From contig NC_134029.1 in the NCBI RefSeq assembly GCF_964204645.1, positions 16,176,950-16,240,949 of the forward strand: 64,000 nt of DNA. The letters run 5' to 3'. Numbering within the stretch: the first letter of the stretch is position 1; each line of letters opens with the position of its first letter. The position numbers and the translations under genes are program-made. The stretch comes from Tubulanus polymorphus. Lineage: Eukaryota > Animalia > Nemertea. Shown here one piece after another: positions 11,546-23,700 of this stretch. The notes beneath the pieces were generated by a model, which saw nothing but the letters and a program-made list of their open reading frames with translations, was not told the DNA's origin and made no database searches.

Positions 11546-14500
11546 ATTTACTGATTAAAAACGGAAATTTGATTCGTTGTAAACCAATATGTAATTCCGA
11601 ACATTGAACACAAACCAGTGAGTGGCTGACTTTAGATCACAGCTTATTTCAGTTGAATTCCAGATTTGTGATTATTCTATTCATACACACGGTTCACTTC
11701 ACAGAAACTGATGGCAGTTTTCTATTCATATTAAAATAACCACACAAGTCATGAAGTACACCAATCCTTGAAGCTATGACTATATATATGAGTATATATA
11801 TGAGTTTATAACTCTATCATCGAATTTCATACATCTATATCCAGAACAATCTGACCAACAGTTAGCCAAAACTCACTCGGAAACATTAATCTCGCGACTG
11901 GTGCAGAAATTAGTTAGGCACAAATTTAGTTGACAGCAAATTTTGCAGCTTTTGCAGAGCTCTATGGAAGGCAACTTGCACCGTCGGCCATGTTCTTCGA
12001 TATCTTAGTATTTCTATATTATATTTGTACCAATACATATTTTGTTACCACAATCAATTGCAAAGTTGTAGCTCATGACATCGTCTATGATTGTGGTGAG
12101 TTTTAAGGAAATTAGTTATTTTATATGGTCACCAGGGGCGTTGAATAGTAGAATAACCTAGTTTTACCTTATTATATTGGTACCTAGGCATATTTTGTTA
12201 CCATGATCAATTGCAAAGTTGTAGTTCATGATATGTTCTATAATTATGGTGAGTTACAAGGTTATTGGGTTTTGAATATGGTCACCAGGGGGCGTTGAAT
12301 AGTAGAATAACTTAGTATTTCCATATTAAATGAGTAACGAGGCATATTTTGTTATCACAATCAATTACAAAAACGTAGCTACTGACATGTTTTATGAGTG
12401 TGGTGATTTTCAAGGTCATTGGTTTTTGTATATGCTCACCAGGAGGTGTTGAATATTGAAATTGTTAGATTGTTGAGCATTTGAAACCACTTCCCAAGTG
12501 GGCATGGTGTCCCTGGACCCCTAGATCTCTTTGTTGCCGGTTCGTATTATTAGGTTCTTCAGGCTTATAATATCCTCTAAATCCATAAAAACATCGCCTA
12601 AAATCATTGCGACCTAACTCCTGTCAAACGTGTGTCGAAAGCCACCATTGTAAATCACACTAATTACAGCCGCGAACCGTTGCGGCAAAAAGGGAGGTCG
12701 TGTTACAAATATTTTCTATTTCAATTCAATTTGTTTTTTACCTTCATGACGTAGTCATGAAGGTTATAAGATGGTAGTGAGTCGATGACGTCATTTTCGT
12801 GTCGCCACTTATATCGTTGGTGGGAGTTCAGAGGAAGATTTGTCAAACAAATAAATACTTTAATCTTATTAATGCAGAGTGTGAAATTTCGCTTTTTTTA
12901 AATGTTTCCCTAAATTATTAGAAAATGCCGATAGTAAGACCGTGGGAAAGTTTTTATCGTTTAATGGGCGAATCACGGCGGCAGAGTGCACCTGTGATAA
13001 GGCGGAAATAGTTCCATGTGAAGGCAAAGTTTTTAAATGATTAGACATCGGAGGTGGTTTATCAACTTTTTTCAACTATAGTGCTGCTATTTTCCCAATC
13101 AAATTGCTAGATTTCGATCGTTTCTCATAAGACAACACCTGTAATTCAAGTGTGATTTTGATGTGTGTAGAGATACATCGTGACTAGCGTATCGAATGGC
13201 GGCGCCATGTTTAAGCTGCGCCTTGATCTTTGAATAGTGGAATTATTGGGTGGAATTATCTTGATTGTATCCATACTAAGTTTAATAAAGGTTAGCGTCA
13301 ACAAATGGTCGATTACAGTCCCTCTAATTTATGTGGAGAGACGCTCTTAACCGGCAAAACCATTGTCTGTTTTGTGTTATCGTTGGCCTACGTGACTGAC
13401 CTTCCTTGAGCGTTCGCTGCCAGTGCGCCGCTTCAAAGTTATGAATAAAGTGTTATATAACTGATTGTTAATGACATACAACAAATAAACCTTTAGAGAA
13501 AGGCACCTTGTGTCTGACATTCTACTGAAAAATTCCCGATTGATTCACCGCATAGTTTTTTCATGGTGAGCATTTTAGTATATGAATCAATTTAGATGAT
13601 TTACGGACGCGGGTGCGGTTGTATCAGCTGTTGAAGACGTTCGATGTAAACAATGATTTTAACCATGTGCGATGAAAACAGGGACATCAAACTAAGAAGC
13701 ACTGAATTTAATTACATGTGATTTGAATAGGCATCTGTGCTGGTTTTTCAAAAAGTTGAATCTTAATTGACTCCTATTGCATAGGCCTAAGCCAGGCCCT
13801 CTGGAATTAAATTGAATTCGACACAGTAATTCGCCTGTAATTTGGGATGAATCTTTTTGAAAATTAGCATGAAGATTGGGTCTGGCAAGATGTCCACCCC
13901 TATTGTAAAGGAATGTCATTGGTGATCAAATATGGCTGCCATTGGGGTGGCCATCTTGAATTTCTTGTTTGCACGATGCAACCCGCAATTCTTGATGGAT
14001 TTCCACAAAATTTGGTGTGAGGATCGTTACTATGTAAATCTTTCTGTAAAACTTTGAATACTAAATCATTCATCTTCTACTGCGTCATGAAGGTATAAGG
14101 CCCGTGGGCCTCTTGTTTTTTCATTATGACCAAATAAATGATGCAGATTCATGAACTGATACTTAAATGAATTAATTATCTTACATCGGGTTATTGCAAA
14201 AAGATTCCACACTGCTAGCATCCTTATTGATATTTTTACAGCAGTGTGTGCTACAGTAAGGCACATGAGACGAGCAGTGTATAGGTCAGCTGAGCAATGT
14301 ACTGTATTGCAATGCATGCTTGTGGGAAGCACAGCCACGTGTATGTCAGGTCACACTAAAATGAACAAACGCTTAGCGCGTCAACTAGCAGAACTTTCTA
14401 CGATGTTTTTAAATCGACAAAGTCACGTATTATGATAACCCCGATATGAACAACAAAAAAGTTTTTCATCAAATTAATTTTTTGTTTTTGATTTTTTACT

Positions 14501-14665
14501 GGTCGAATGAAAATTTTTTTTTTTACTGAACTTTCCATAAAAAATTTTGGGTCGGCACCTTTTTGATCGGGTCGGTCGGGGGACCAGAAACAAAGACTTT
14601 TTTATTTTATGCCTTACAGGATTGAAGAAAAAACTGTTCACTTTTTCCACTTTTCTGTTTTGTAG

Positions 14666-14786
14666 TGAAGTAACCTTTGGATGCAGTATCTCTGCTGAAG
14701 GATGTTTGGTGCTTAGTAAACATGCAAGGCAGGAAGTAGAAATGAAAGCTGAAAAAGTTTCCATAATTGGGATGTGCAATTCTTTG
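14666..14786 (+). CDS. NARS2: NARS2 exon (121 bp), anticodon-binding OB fold
   Basis: tgtag|...|gtgagt; [40 protein letters not shown]. Confidence 0.9.
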
Positions 14787-17700
14787 GTGAGTAAAACATT
14801 CATTAGGCCATGAAAGTTAATGAGTAGCCTAGGTTTTGGTGATATCATTTCTATTGACAATTAAGAAAATCTGTACATTGGTCCATCTGTGGAGTTATTT
14901 TGAAAAGTTTTGAAGATGGACTATAAATTCTGATTAGGGTTTTCTGCTTTTTCACACAAAGAAAACTATTCTTAACAACCAAATAAATAACAGGGTCAAT
15001 CCCTATTTAAAAGAAACAAATCATGTCTCGCTTTGGAATTTAGATATGGTAGCTCTCATCTGCCGTAAATTCTGCTGATAACAGTATTAAAATTGTGGTG
15101 TATGAGTTAATTAGGGAGAATTGGAAATTTCAACTAGCGTTACGCTAAACGGCAACTTGAATGGCCATAGTTTTGTCCCCTTTAAACATACCAGACATAG
15201 TTGACACAGACTTATTTGACTAATTGTATCGTTTTCTAGGATTATCCTCTTAAACCTAGGACAAGACATAATTTAGATTATTATCGTCAGTTCATTCATC
15301 TTCGTCCGAGATCAAATACATTTAGTGCGTTGTTACGAATAAGAAGTAGTGCCTCTCAAGCGATCCACCGATATTTTAGGGTAAGTAAAATTATTCCATT
15401 CGTATTCATTTTAGCTCTCGTTTATGCAGCAGTCAATATCCACTCTCTCCATCATCCACAGTCAATCAACACTTATTATAAATTCTTCCAAAAAAGTCAT
15501 GTTGAAAAAAGTTGTGTTTTCATCATATTGAATTTAAAAAAAATTGTTTTCTTGATATTTCCGTCTGAATTTTCTATCTAATTTTTTGCAAAAAGTTAAT
15601 TTTCTCCCATCATTTAAATTCAATCCAATACAGTTTTCACTCTTTTTTTTAAGCTATGTTCCCTTCCTTTTAAATAGGTCTGTGATCGTAAAAATTTATG
15701 TTTTATTTTTCCCCACACACCCTTTTATTTTTGCTGGTAAAATCCATACTCAAATTAAAAAAGGCATTAGTGATGTGTGGGCATATGGTCACTGGCTTGA
15801 AAATTTGATAATTTCTTAAAATGTTACTGTAGTTAGCAGTGAACCATCAGTGATAAAGAAGTAAAATTCTTTCCATTTTAGGATCATAATTTTATGGAGA
15901 TCCATGCTCCTCTTATTACGTCCAATGATTGTGAAGGTGCTGGTGAAACATTTCATGTTCAGGTAATTTTAGTTATGAATTAGAGAATTCTAATTCTTTT
16001 TTAGCCCACTAGTGACTTAAGTCCCAGCGGGCTATTGCATTCACTTTTTGTCCGTTGTCCGTTCGTCCGTCCGTAGACGGAATCCAGTTATTTTGGGAAG
16101 TTTTGTAGACGCTTCAATGTAATGTCTCGATATTTGGGTTACACGTGTATCTACCCTAGACACATCTTCAGCCCAAAACCTGGCCCTGTCAGAATCAAGA
16201 TGGCTGACTGGCAGCCATTGTTGTTCACTAAAATCAGCACTTTTTACTCATTTTTGAAGTTTTAAACGGAAATTTTGAAGACGCTTTAATCAATTACCTT
16301 GACCTTTCATATATTTTTGAATCCCCCAAAGGCCCATGAGCGTAAGAAAAATTGGATCGATCAGACTGTCAATTTTGGCCGGAATTCTGGGTCCTCTAGC
16401 TTCCTACGGGTTTGCTATTTCTCTTTGCAAATTGTGATGGGCATTCTTTGATTAGTCAATTATGACACAATTGGCGGCCATCTTGTCATCAGTACTTATT
16501 CGTAGGTCGGAAAAAGTTTTTCGACATTATATTGATACCTAAGCATATTGTGTTACTACAATTAATTGGAAAGTTGTAGCCCATAACGTGTTCTATGATT
16601 TTGGTGAGTTTCAAGGTCATTGGTTTTTGTATATGGCCACCAGGGGGCGTTGAATAACACAATAACTTAGTATTTGTACCTATGCATATTTTGTTACCAC
16701 AATCAATTGCAAAGTTGTAGTTCATGACATATTCTATGATTATGGTGAGTTTCAAGGTCATTGGGTGTTGCATATTGTCACCAGGGGTCGTTGAATAGTA
16801 AAGTAACTTAGTATTCCCATATTAAATTGGTAACAAGGCATATTTTTTTATCACAATCAATTACAAAATCGTAGCTGCTGACATGTTATATAATTGTGGT
16901 GGGTTTCAACTTCATTGGTTTTTGTGTATGGTCACCAGGGGGCGTTGAATATTGAAATTGTTAGATTGTTGGCATTTAAAACCACTTCCCAAGTGGGCAT
17001 GGTGTCCCTGGACCCCTAATTAGATGAAGATGCAAAAAAAACCATTTCATGACCAATGCGTCAAAGACTTTAAAAAAATAATTGAACCGATGATAACTTA
17101 ATAATAATAACTTAAGTTAATAATAATTGAAAATTGCATATTCATAATGCGTGCACGAATATGAGTATATTATGGCGGCTGATAAGGGCCATCGTAAAAA
17201 AAAAACACGAATATGCAAATGAGGGCGACATTACGACAAAACGACAAAACTAAAATAACGCGACAAAACAATAATTTTCGTTTTGTCGCCCGCGATAATT
17301 CATTATTTTGGTTTTGTCGCCCGCGACAAGTCAATATTTTTGTTTTGTCGCCCGCGACAATTCATTGTTTTGGTTTTGTCGCCCGCGACAATTCATTACT
17401 TTTGTTTTGTCGCCCGCGACAATTCAATGTTTTGGTTTTGTCGCCCGCGACAATTCATTACTTTTGTTTTGTCACCCGCGACAATTCAATATTTTGGTTT
17501 TGTCGCATGCCGCAAATCAATCGTGACAAAGTATTGATGCGAATGACCTATTTAGTACATCGACCATGTACCGAACACTATTATTGTGCCCCAGCATTTG
17601 GGGTCATTCTATTTGAACCCCAACATTCCATATGTCCACCAGATTCTGGTCATGATAAAGTCATTTTAATTTTTCTGCCAACCTTATTTCTTATTTCATA

Positions 17701-20700
17701 TTCATCTAACATTAAACATCATTAAGTATGCGTCCCCTTATTGAAATTAGGTTAACTATCTCAATATATCAATGTTACTAGGTAGACCTTATTTAAAATG
17801 AGGTGATTTTTATGTCGACTTTTTGCGATATTGTCTCAATAAATTGCCATACGTATAACGACATTTTAGCTAAAGTAGTGATGATTATGTCAACGGTACG
17901 GTTATGTTGAGATACACGCGTCGACATTGGTGAAAGGAGTGATCACCGTATAACGATTTTACGACGTGATATTAACACGATATACCGACTTAGTTATGTC
18001 GATAAATCGCGATATATCACGTTTTTTCGACATAATTTCGTCGTGATAAAAAGTCGCGACGGTTTTGTACGGGTCCCATATAAGCTTCCGTACATCTTTA
18101 GAAAACGAAATAATATGTGATCTTTCATTAAGTAGGATCACTTGAATGATCGCTTTAATATCACTTTATTTAAAAAAAAGAATCTGCCAAAATGACCTTA
18201 ATAATCGACACTATATCAGATTAATCAACTTCAAAATAGGCGAATTACTACATTATTAATTGGCCCAATTATTCAAAAGCTAATAAAGTGGGCGGCAAAA
18301 CCAAAAAAATGAATTGTCGCGGGCGACAAAACAAAAATATTGAATTGTCGCGGGCGACAAAACAAAAATATTGAATATTCGCAGGCGAGAAAACCAAAAT
18401 ATTGAATTGTCGCGGGCGACAAAACAAAAATACTGAATTGTTGCAGGCGACAAAACAAAAATAATGAAATGTTGCGGGCGACAAAACCAAAATTATTGTT
18501 TTGTCGCGTTATTTTAGTTTTGTCGTTTTGTTGTAATGTCGCCCTCATTTGCATATTCGTGGTTTTTTTTTACGATGGCCCTTATCAGCCGCCATAGTAT
18601 ATGCTGTCACTGTAACTTTGTAGTGTGAAACACTAGTGATCTGCCCGCTTGTGCCAATATGAATATATGCTGACATGCGTTACCTAAATTTCTTGTTTCA
18701 TGTAGTCTTCAGATGACATTCATAGTAAAAATGGCTTAAATTCAAGTAATTTCTTCGATTGCCCAGTTTTCCTGAGCGTGTCCAAACAGTTACATTTAGA
18801 GGTTATGGCGAGGTAAGTATTGTTGTTTATATTTTGGGGTAACTTTATTAACGATATTGGAGTTGGCATTGAGCTGTGTTTGTCTGGATGAAATTGTGCA
18901 TCTGCGTTTTATTTTGTAATTGGATCCAAGATGGCCGACTGGTAGCCATATTTGAATTTCCCAGCGGGATACAGCCTATAATTCTTGATGAATTTTCATA
19001 ATACTTAGTGAGTTGAGAAGTGTACCCCTATTGAAAATGGAAGTCATCAGCCATCAAATAGCCGCCAGGGAGGCCATTTTGAATTATCTTGTTAGCATCA
19101 TAGAGCCTACAATTCTTGATGGAGTTTCATTAAACTTGCTTTGAGGATTGTTGTTTGTAAGACTTAACACAGTTACCTTCACTAATATTTTTCAGTGCGT
19201 TCAGTAAAGTATACACATTTGGCCCAACATTTCGTGCTGACAATTCAGTTACAAGACAGCATTTGGCAGAATTCTATATGGCAGAAGCTGAAATTTCTTT
19301 TCTTAGCTCACTGGCAGATCTCATGGTTGTAGGTTATTAATTATTTTTTCGCATTCATTTGCTGGATTATGTACTGTTCATTTATATAAGAAGTGATTGG
19401 ATTATTGATACATTTGTATTAGTAGTTGTTAGTTATCCTTGCATTTTAAAGCACATGGAACACCTGCTTATGAGATTAACCCCTAGCAGCAGATTGTGGT
19501 GACTATCTGGCAATACAGTTCATCCAAGATGCCATAAGTATAGATGTAATAAGTATAGTTCCGTGAAATGAACTTCCCTATATTCATCTGTGTTGTATAT
19601 GAATGATAGTATTAGAAATGTGAAGGGAACGTTTTAAAGATGTATTGAAATATCAGCTTTAAATCAAATGTTAAAAACAGATTTCATTCTCGATAAAATG
19701 ATCAATGAATTGAAATATATCATAGTCACTTCTAAGTATTTGATTTCTGAAAAGTTTTATTTGTATACAGTCAACCTCTGATATACCGCCCTCCCACTTA
19801 CCGCCACCCCTGCTTACCACCAGGTTTTCTCAATGTAGATCTCAATACAAATACATAGTAAAACACCCCGATATACCGCCATACTCTCTATACCGCAAAA
19901 ATCATTCTGCACCAATGTGGGCGGTATATCAGGGGTTGACTGTATTTTACAGTTTTATACATATTTTGTTTTATACATATTCAATTCGTGTAGACTGATT
20001 TTGGTTATTCTACAACATCATCTTCTCATAGTAATTAGCAGTTTCACACTCACCTCTATCATTGAAATTGTTATCAATCAATTATTCTCTTGCAGGAAAT
20101 GGAGAATTTGATGAAATATGTAACGGAACAAATGTTTTTGCATAACGCTGATGATTTAAATCACTTTTACCAGAATATAAGTCCTGAAAATTATGAGGTA
20201 AAATTTCCTTTGTTTTAAAATTCTACAAAAAACTGTTTTTGGCGGGAAAATTCTTAGCTCTTGCGAGCTAATGTGATTGGCTGTTTTTTGGATGTAAGGG
20301 GAATTCCGGCGGTATTGAAATAATTATGGGAAAGCCATAGAATGGCGAACGTTTCATTGGACTAGGTGCCGTAATCGTGCGAATTTCAAATGCTTATTGC
20401 TGGTGAGAATGTAATTAGTTCACATATCCGCCATAGGTATCGTTTCATTTTAATAACCGCTGATTGTTTTGATTGACATTGAAGTGTAAGCGAACATTCA
20501 CTTACACAAGGCCTCCATGTGCGTGCGTAGTACTAATCATTAGACTGCACACACAAACACACACGCTCGTACAGTACACTATTTTAGGGGTAATATACAA
20601 CATAAAACCAGCCACAAACCAAAGAAATTTAAAGTGGGGAAACATAGGAATACTAAAATATAGCTAAATACGTATATTTTATATAGTAATACTGTAATAA

Positions 20701-23700
20701 CGCTGCTGGACCACTCTGCTTGCTGGCGCGTGCAGGTTTGACATTTCATCAGCAGAAGATGAGCGCTGTGTTTTCTGTTTGATAGAGTTTATAATAAATC
20801 GTAATTTCTTGTGACCTGAAAATACTAAGCAGCAAACTATAGGTATAGGTATAAGTCAAGGTCTGAATATTGTAGAATATTGCTGAATATTCAGCCACCC
20901 TCTGATATGTGACATCATATGAATTTTAGTTGAATATTTTTTCATATTGTGAAAAATATTTTTTTGAAAATATAAAATAGTTTCCCTGCTGCGCCTACCC
21001 TACGAAATTTGGGACGTGGACTGTAAACAAATGTATATCTTTGGTTTTATTTGACTACAAAATAATTCTTTAAGAAAGATAAATACAATAGTTAAACTTG
21101 TAGAACTTTGAAGTCACGAATTAGAAAGATTTTTAGCAGCAGCTCTGCTGCCGACAGCCCCGCAGAACTGTATATTGCACTGGCTTTGCACTATGCTATC
21201 AGCGAAATTTCGCTAAGCTGCTGTTAAAACATCTGAGAGAAATTTAATTTCAAACGCGCATTATCATCTTTAACTCTTTCAATCCCACTACTGTATGGCA
21301 TACGGTACAAATTGACCAGCTAGCATACCCGTACCGTATGTGATACGGTATCACTTAAACCTTCTTCTAGAAGGGCATATCTATCAGTATCAGCCAGTGC
21401 TGCCATCTGCATAAAATCAAAGATGGCAACAGCCATGAAAAAAACAATTTGGCTGGATGAAAAGGTTCAGCAGCTCGTATATGATGCTGACAGTGATGCT
21501 GGTGACTTGGAATTTGGTAGTGAACAAATTGAGAGTGACAACGAATATGACAGCAGCAGTGCAGATGATGTGAATTAGTCAGAAAGTAGGTTTATAGTGC
21601 CAGCAATGATTTTGATGATGAAAATGAAATCAGTGACAATTTTTTTAGACCCTGTTGATACAGTTGTCATGGCAACGGACACCAATAACAATAATGAAGA
21701 ACCAGAAACTGTCCATCTTCAAGGTCACATATATTCAAATCATTTGTCTTATTTGTAAGCCCAATGGTTATCAACACCATGGTATACAACGTATCAGTGT
21801 CAAATACATAGGTAAAAATTTTCGGAGGCCTGAAATTATACCCCAATGAAACCCCTTACATCCGGCCTTCCGACATATCGGTGAAGAAGTTGGTAAATGA
21901 GTGGAAAAATAAATTTTTCTAGTTGTTCTATTGCTTTGAAATTTTTACTACATAAAGTAAGGATATATGGCATACAATTTCAGTTGGAATTGAATAGATC
22001 AGTGCATTTTTCTAGGAGACAGAGCAGTTTATCTGAAGCTTTTTGGTGAATTTTTTTCATGGCGGCCATCTTGGAGTATGTGACCTTGACCTCAAGTTCA
22101 CTTATATCCAAATTATTTATGTCTAAATTGTTGGCCCAAAAGTTATCAACAACATGCTATATAAATTTTCTGTGTCAGATACCTTGGTAACTGTCCTATG
22201 AAGTTTCAAATATAACCCTATAAACCCCTAAATTCCACCCGGTACAGCAGTGGAGACACTATGTGGTATTGAAAGTTTTACTAGTGGTCCTTTAAATCTT
22301 CCGACAAAAGTTTTGCCCCAAGACGATAAGCTGGGTTAATGAGCCGCGATTATGCAATTCTCAAAATTAGCAAAAATTGCAGTCTTTTCACTGGGAGTGG
22401 TTTTACCCTGTAACATGGTGGTTTTTATCCTGTAAATGTACATGTTAAACGTGTAAATGTGATACATGTCGACGCACCTGTGAACAATGAACACGTATCT
22501 AACAGACACATCGGAAACAAACATTGGTTGGGTAGGCCCGACCCTAATGATTGAAGGTAAAATTGCTCAGGTTCCACATGTGGAAGTGAAATCATTCAGC
22601 ATCAGTGTTTTATGCTGTATACGGAGCATGTCTATTTTTTAGTCATTGGGGAAAACCCACTACCACTTTTATATTCATGATGAGTCATGCAGTTACGTGT
22701 GATTTTTACGTGTGTATAATGCTGAGATCGTTTCATTTGACAGTTTTTCATAAAGTTTACTTGGTTCAACTATTAAAATTTCTTTCTTAAATATTAATGC
22801 ACGGACCCCCTGAACATGATGCGTTCCATCACTCTTTAAGGTAATTCCTATCTTTCCAAACGAAGTTTCTGCAATGATCTAATAAAGACCTAGGTGGCAG
22901 ATTCAGACAGGAACACAACACGCACGTGCTCCTGACACAATATATTTTCCTATGCCGTTTTGTAAATACAACGGTAATATTTTTCAGGGCACTTTTTCCA
23001 CCAGACGTCTCAGTACCTAGAAATTGTAAAAAAATTGCACTGAAATTCATATTTTCAAACCCTTGTTTTGTTTGCATGGATACTTAACTTGCCCTTTTCA
23101 ATGTCCGTGGATCCGTTCCTAGATATGCCCTTCTAGCATATTTGAAATATGAATTTGATTGATGGACAGGTCATTTATAATTGAAGCTGCCGCATCAAGC
23201 CCCATGGGGCTCTTGTTCAAGCAATGCCCTTACTCCAAACAACCTCCTTTCAAGGTAAACTACACTTTGCCAATGGGCAATTTATTCTATATTTCCGTCG
23301 AGTACTGTACCCTTTCCTATGGTTTTTGCCAATATTTTCTAAATTTGGATTTATCGCCAATGGTTTTTCTATACGACCCGGCCCTGCGGTATTGCATTTA
23401 GCCACCGGCGAAATCCGTCATCTTTTTTCTTGGCGTTCTCGCAGTAGAACGCGTTGGATTTTTTCGCCGTAAAAATCTGGGAATTAGGATATTAGGGAGT
23501 TTTCACTCTCATAACGGTGAGTCCGTTCGGTTTGGGGGTTATCCCTGGTTTCTTTTTTTCCGTGAGAATTTTATTTACAAATATAATTTGATTGAATTGA
23601 ATTGTTTTGATTTGTAACAGGATAATTATGCCACCCCCTCCTAAGGGTCAGCATCGTGGCGGGGAGGGATGCGGGCATTTGTTTGACGCCTGGGACAACC

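Larger units (their letters stand above)
6866..11998 (-). mobile_element. CR1/L2-group non-LTR retrotransposon, apparently full length, degenerate
   Basis: ORF1 plus APE endonuclease plus RT on the minus strand; AATAAA followed by GAATGAAT at the 3' end; flanks rejoin into one HINE unit. Confidence 0.88.
6241..12523 (+). mobile_element. Helentron-associated interspersed element (HINE/DINE-1-like) copy 1, split by the LINE (6241-6865 and 12000-12523)
   Basis: 5' TTTTTAGCCCACTTGGGA subTIR with adjacent IR, (CCGT)n microsatellite, internal ~120-bp tandem units, 3' TCCCAAGTGGGC plus GTCC-CT-GGAC stem-loop. Confidence 0.8.

Noticed and set aside
13850-14040. Fragments with ATGGCTGCC / GCCATCTTG motifs, also near 18920-19150 and 39590-39900
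   Set aside because: Clearly a dispersed repeat family, but the ends could not be defined, so it was not called
12530-14600. Search for NARS2 exons 1-2, including ATGGCGGCG at ~13196
   Set aside because: No GW.RS.R / NDGS-like exon with splice sites found, and that ATG frame closes quickly; the exons are probably upstream of the window
17281-17510. Regular 31-bp repeats resembling a CRISPR array, and repetitive ORFs over them
   Set aside because: No unique spacers, eukaryotic context, and mirrored at 18290-18500 as transposon TIR arms; the ORFs are by-products
21369-23136. 16-bp inverted pair TAGAAGGGCATATCTA / TAGATATGCCCTTCTA
   Set aside because: No TSD or extended similarity; likely a subterminal motif of unrelated degraded elements
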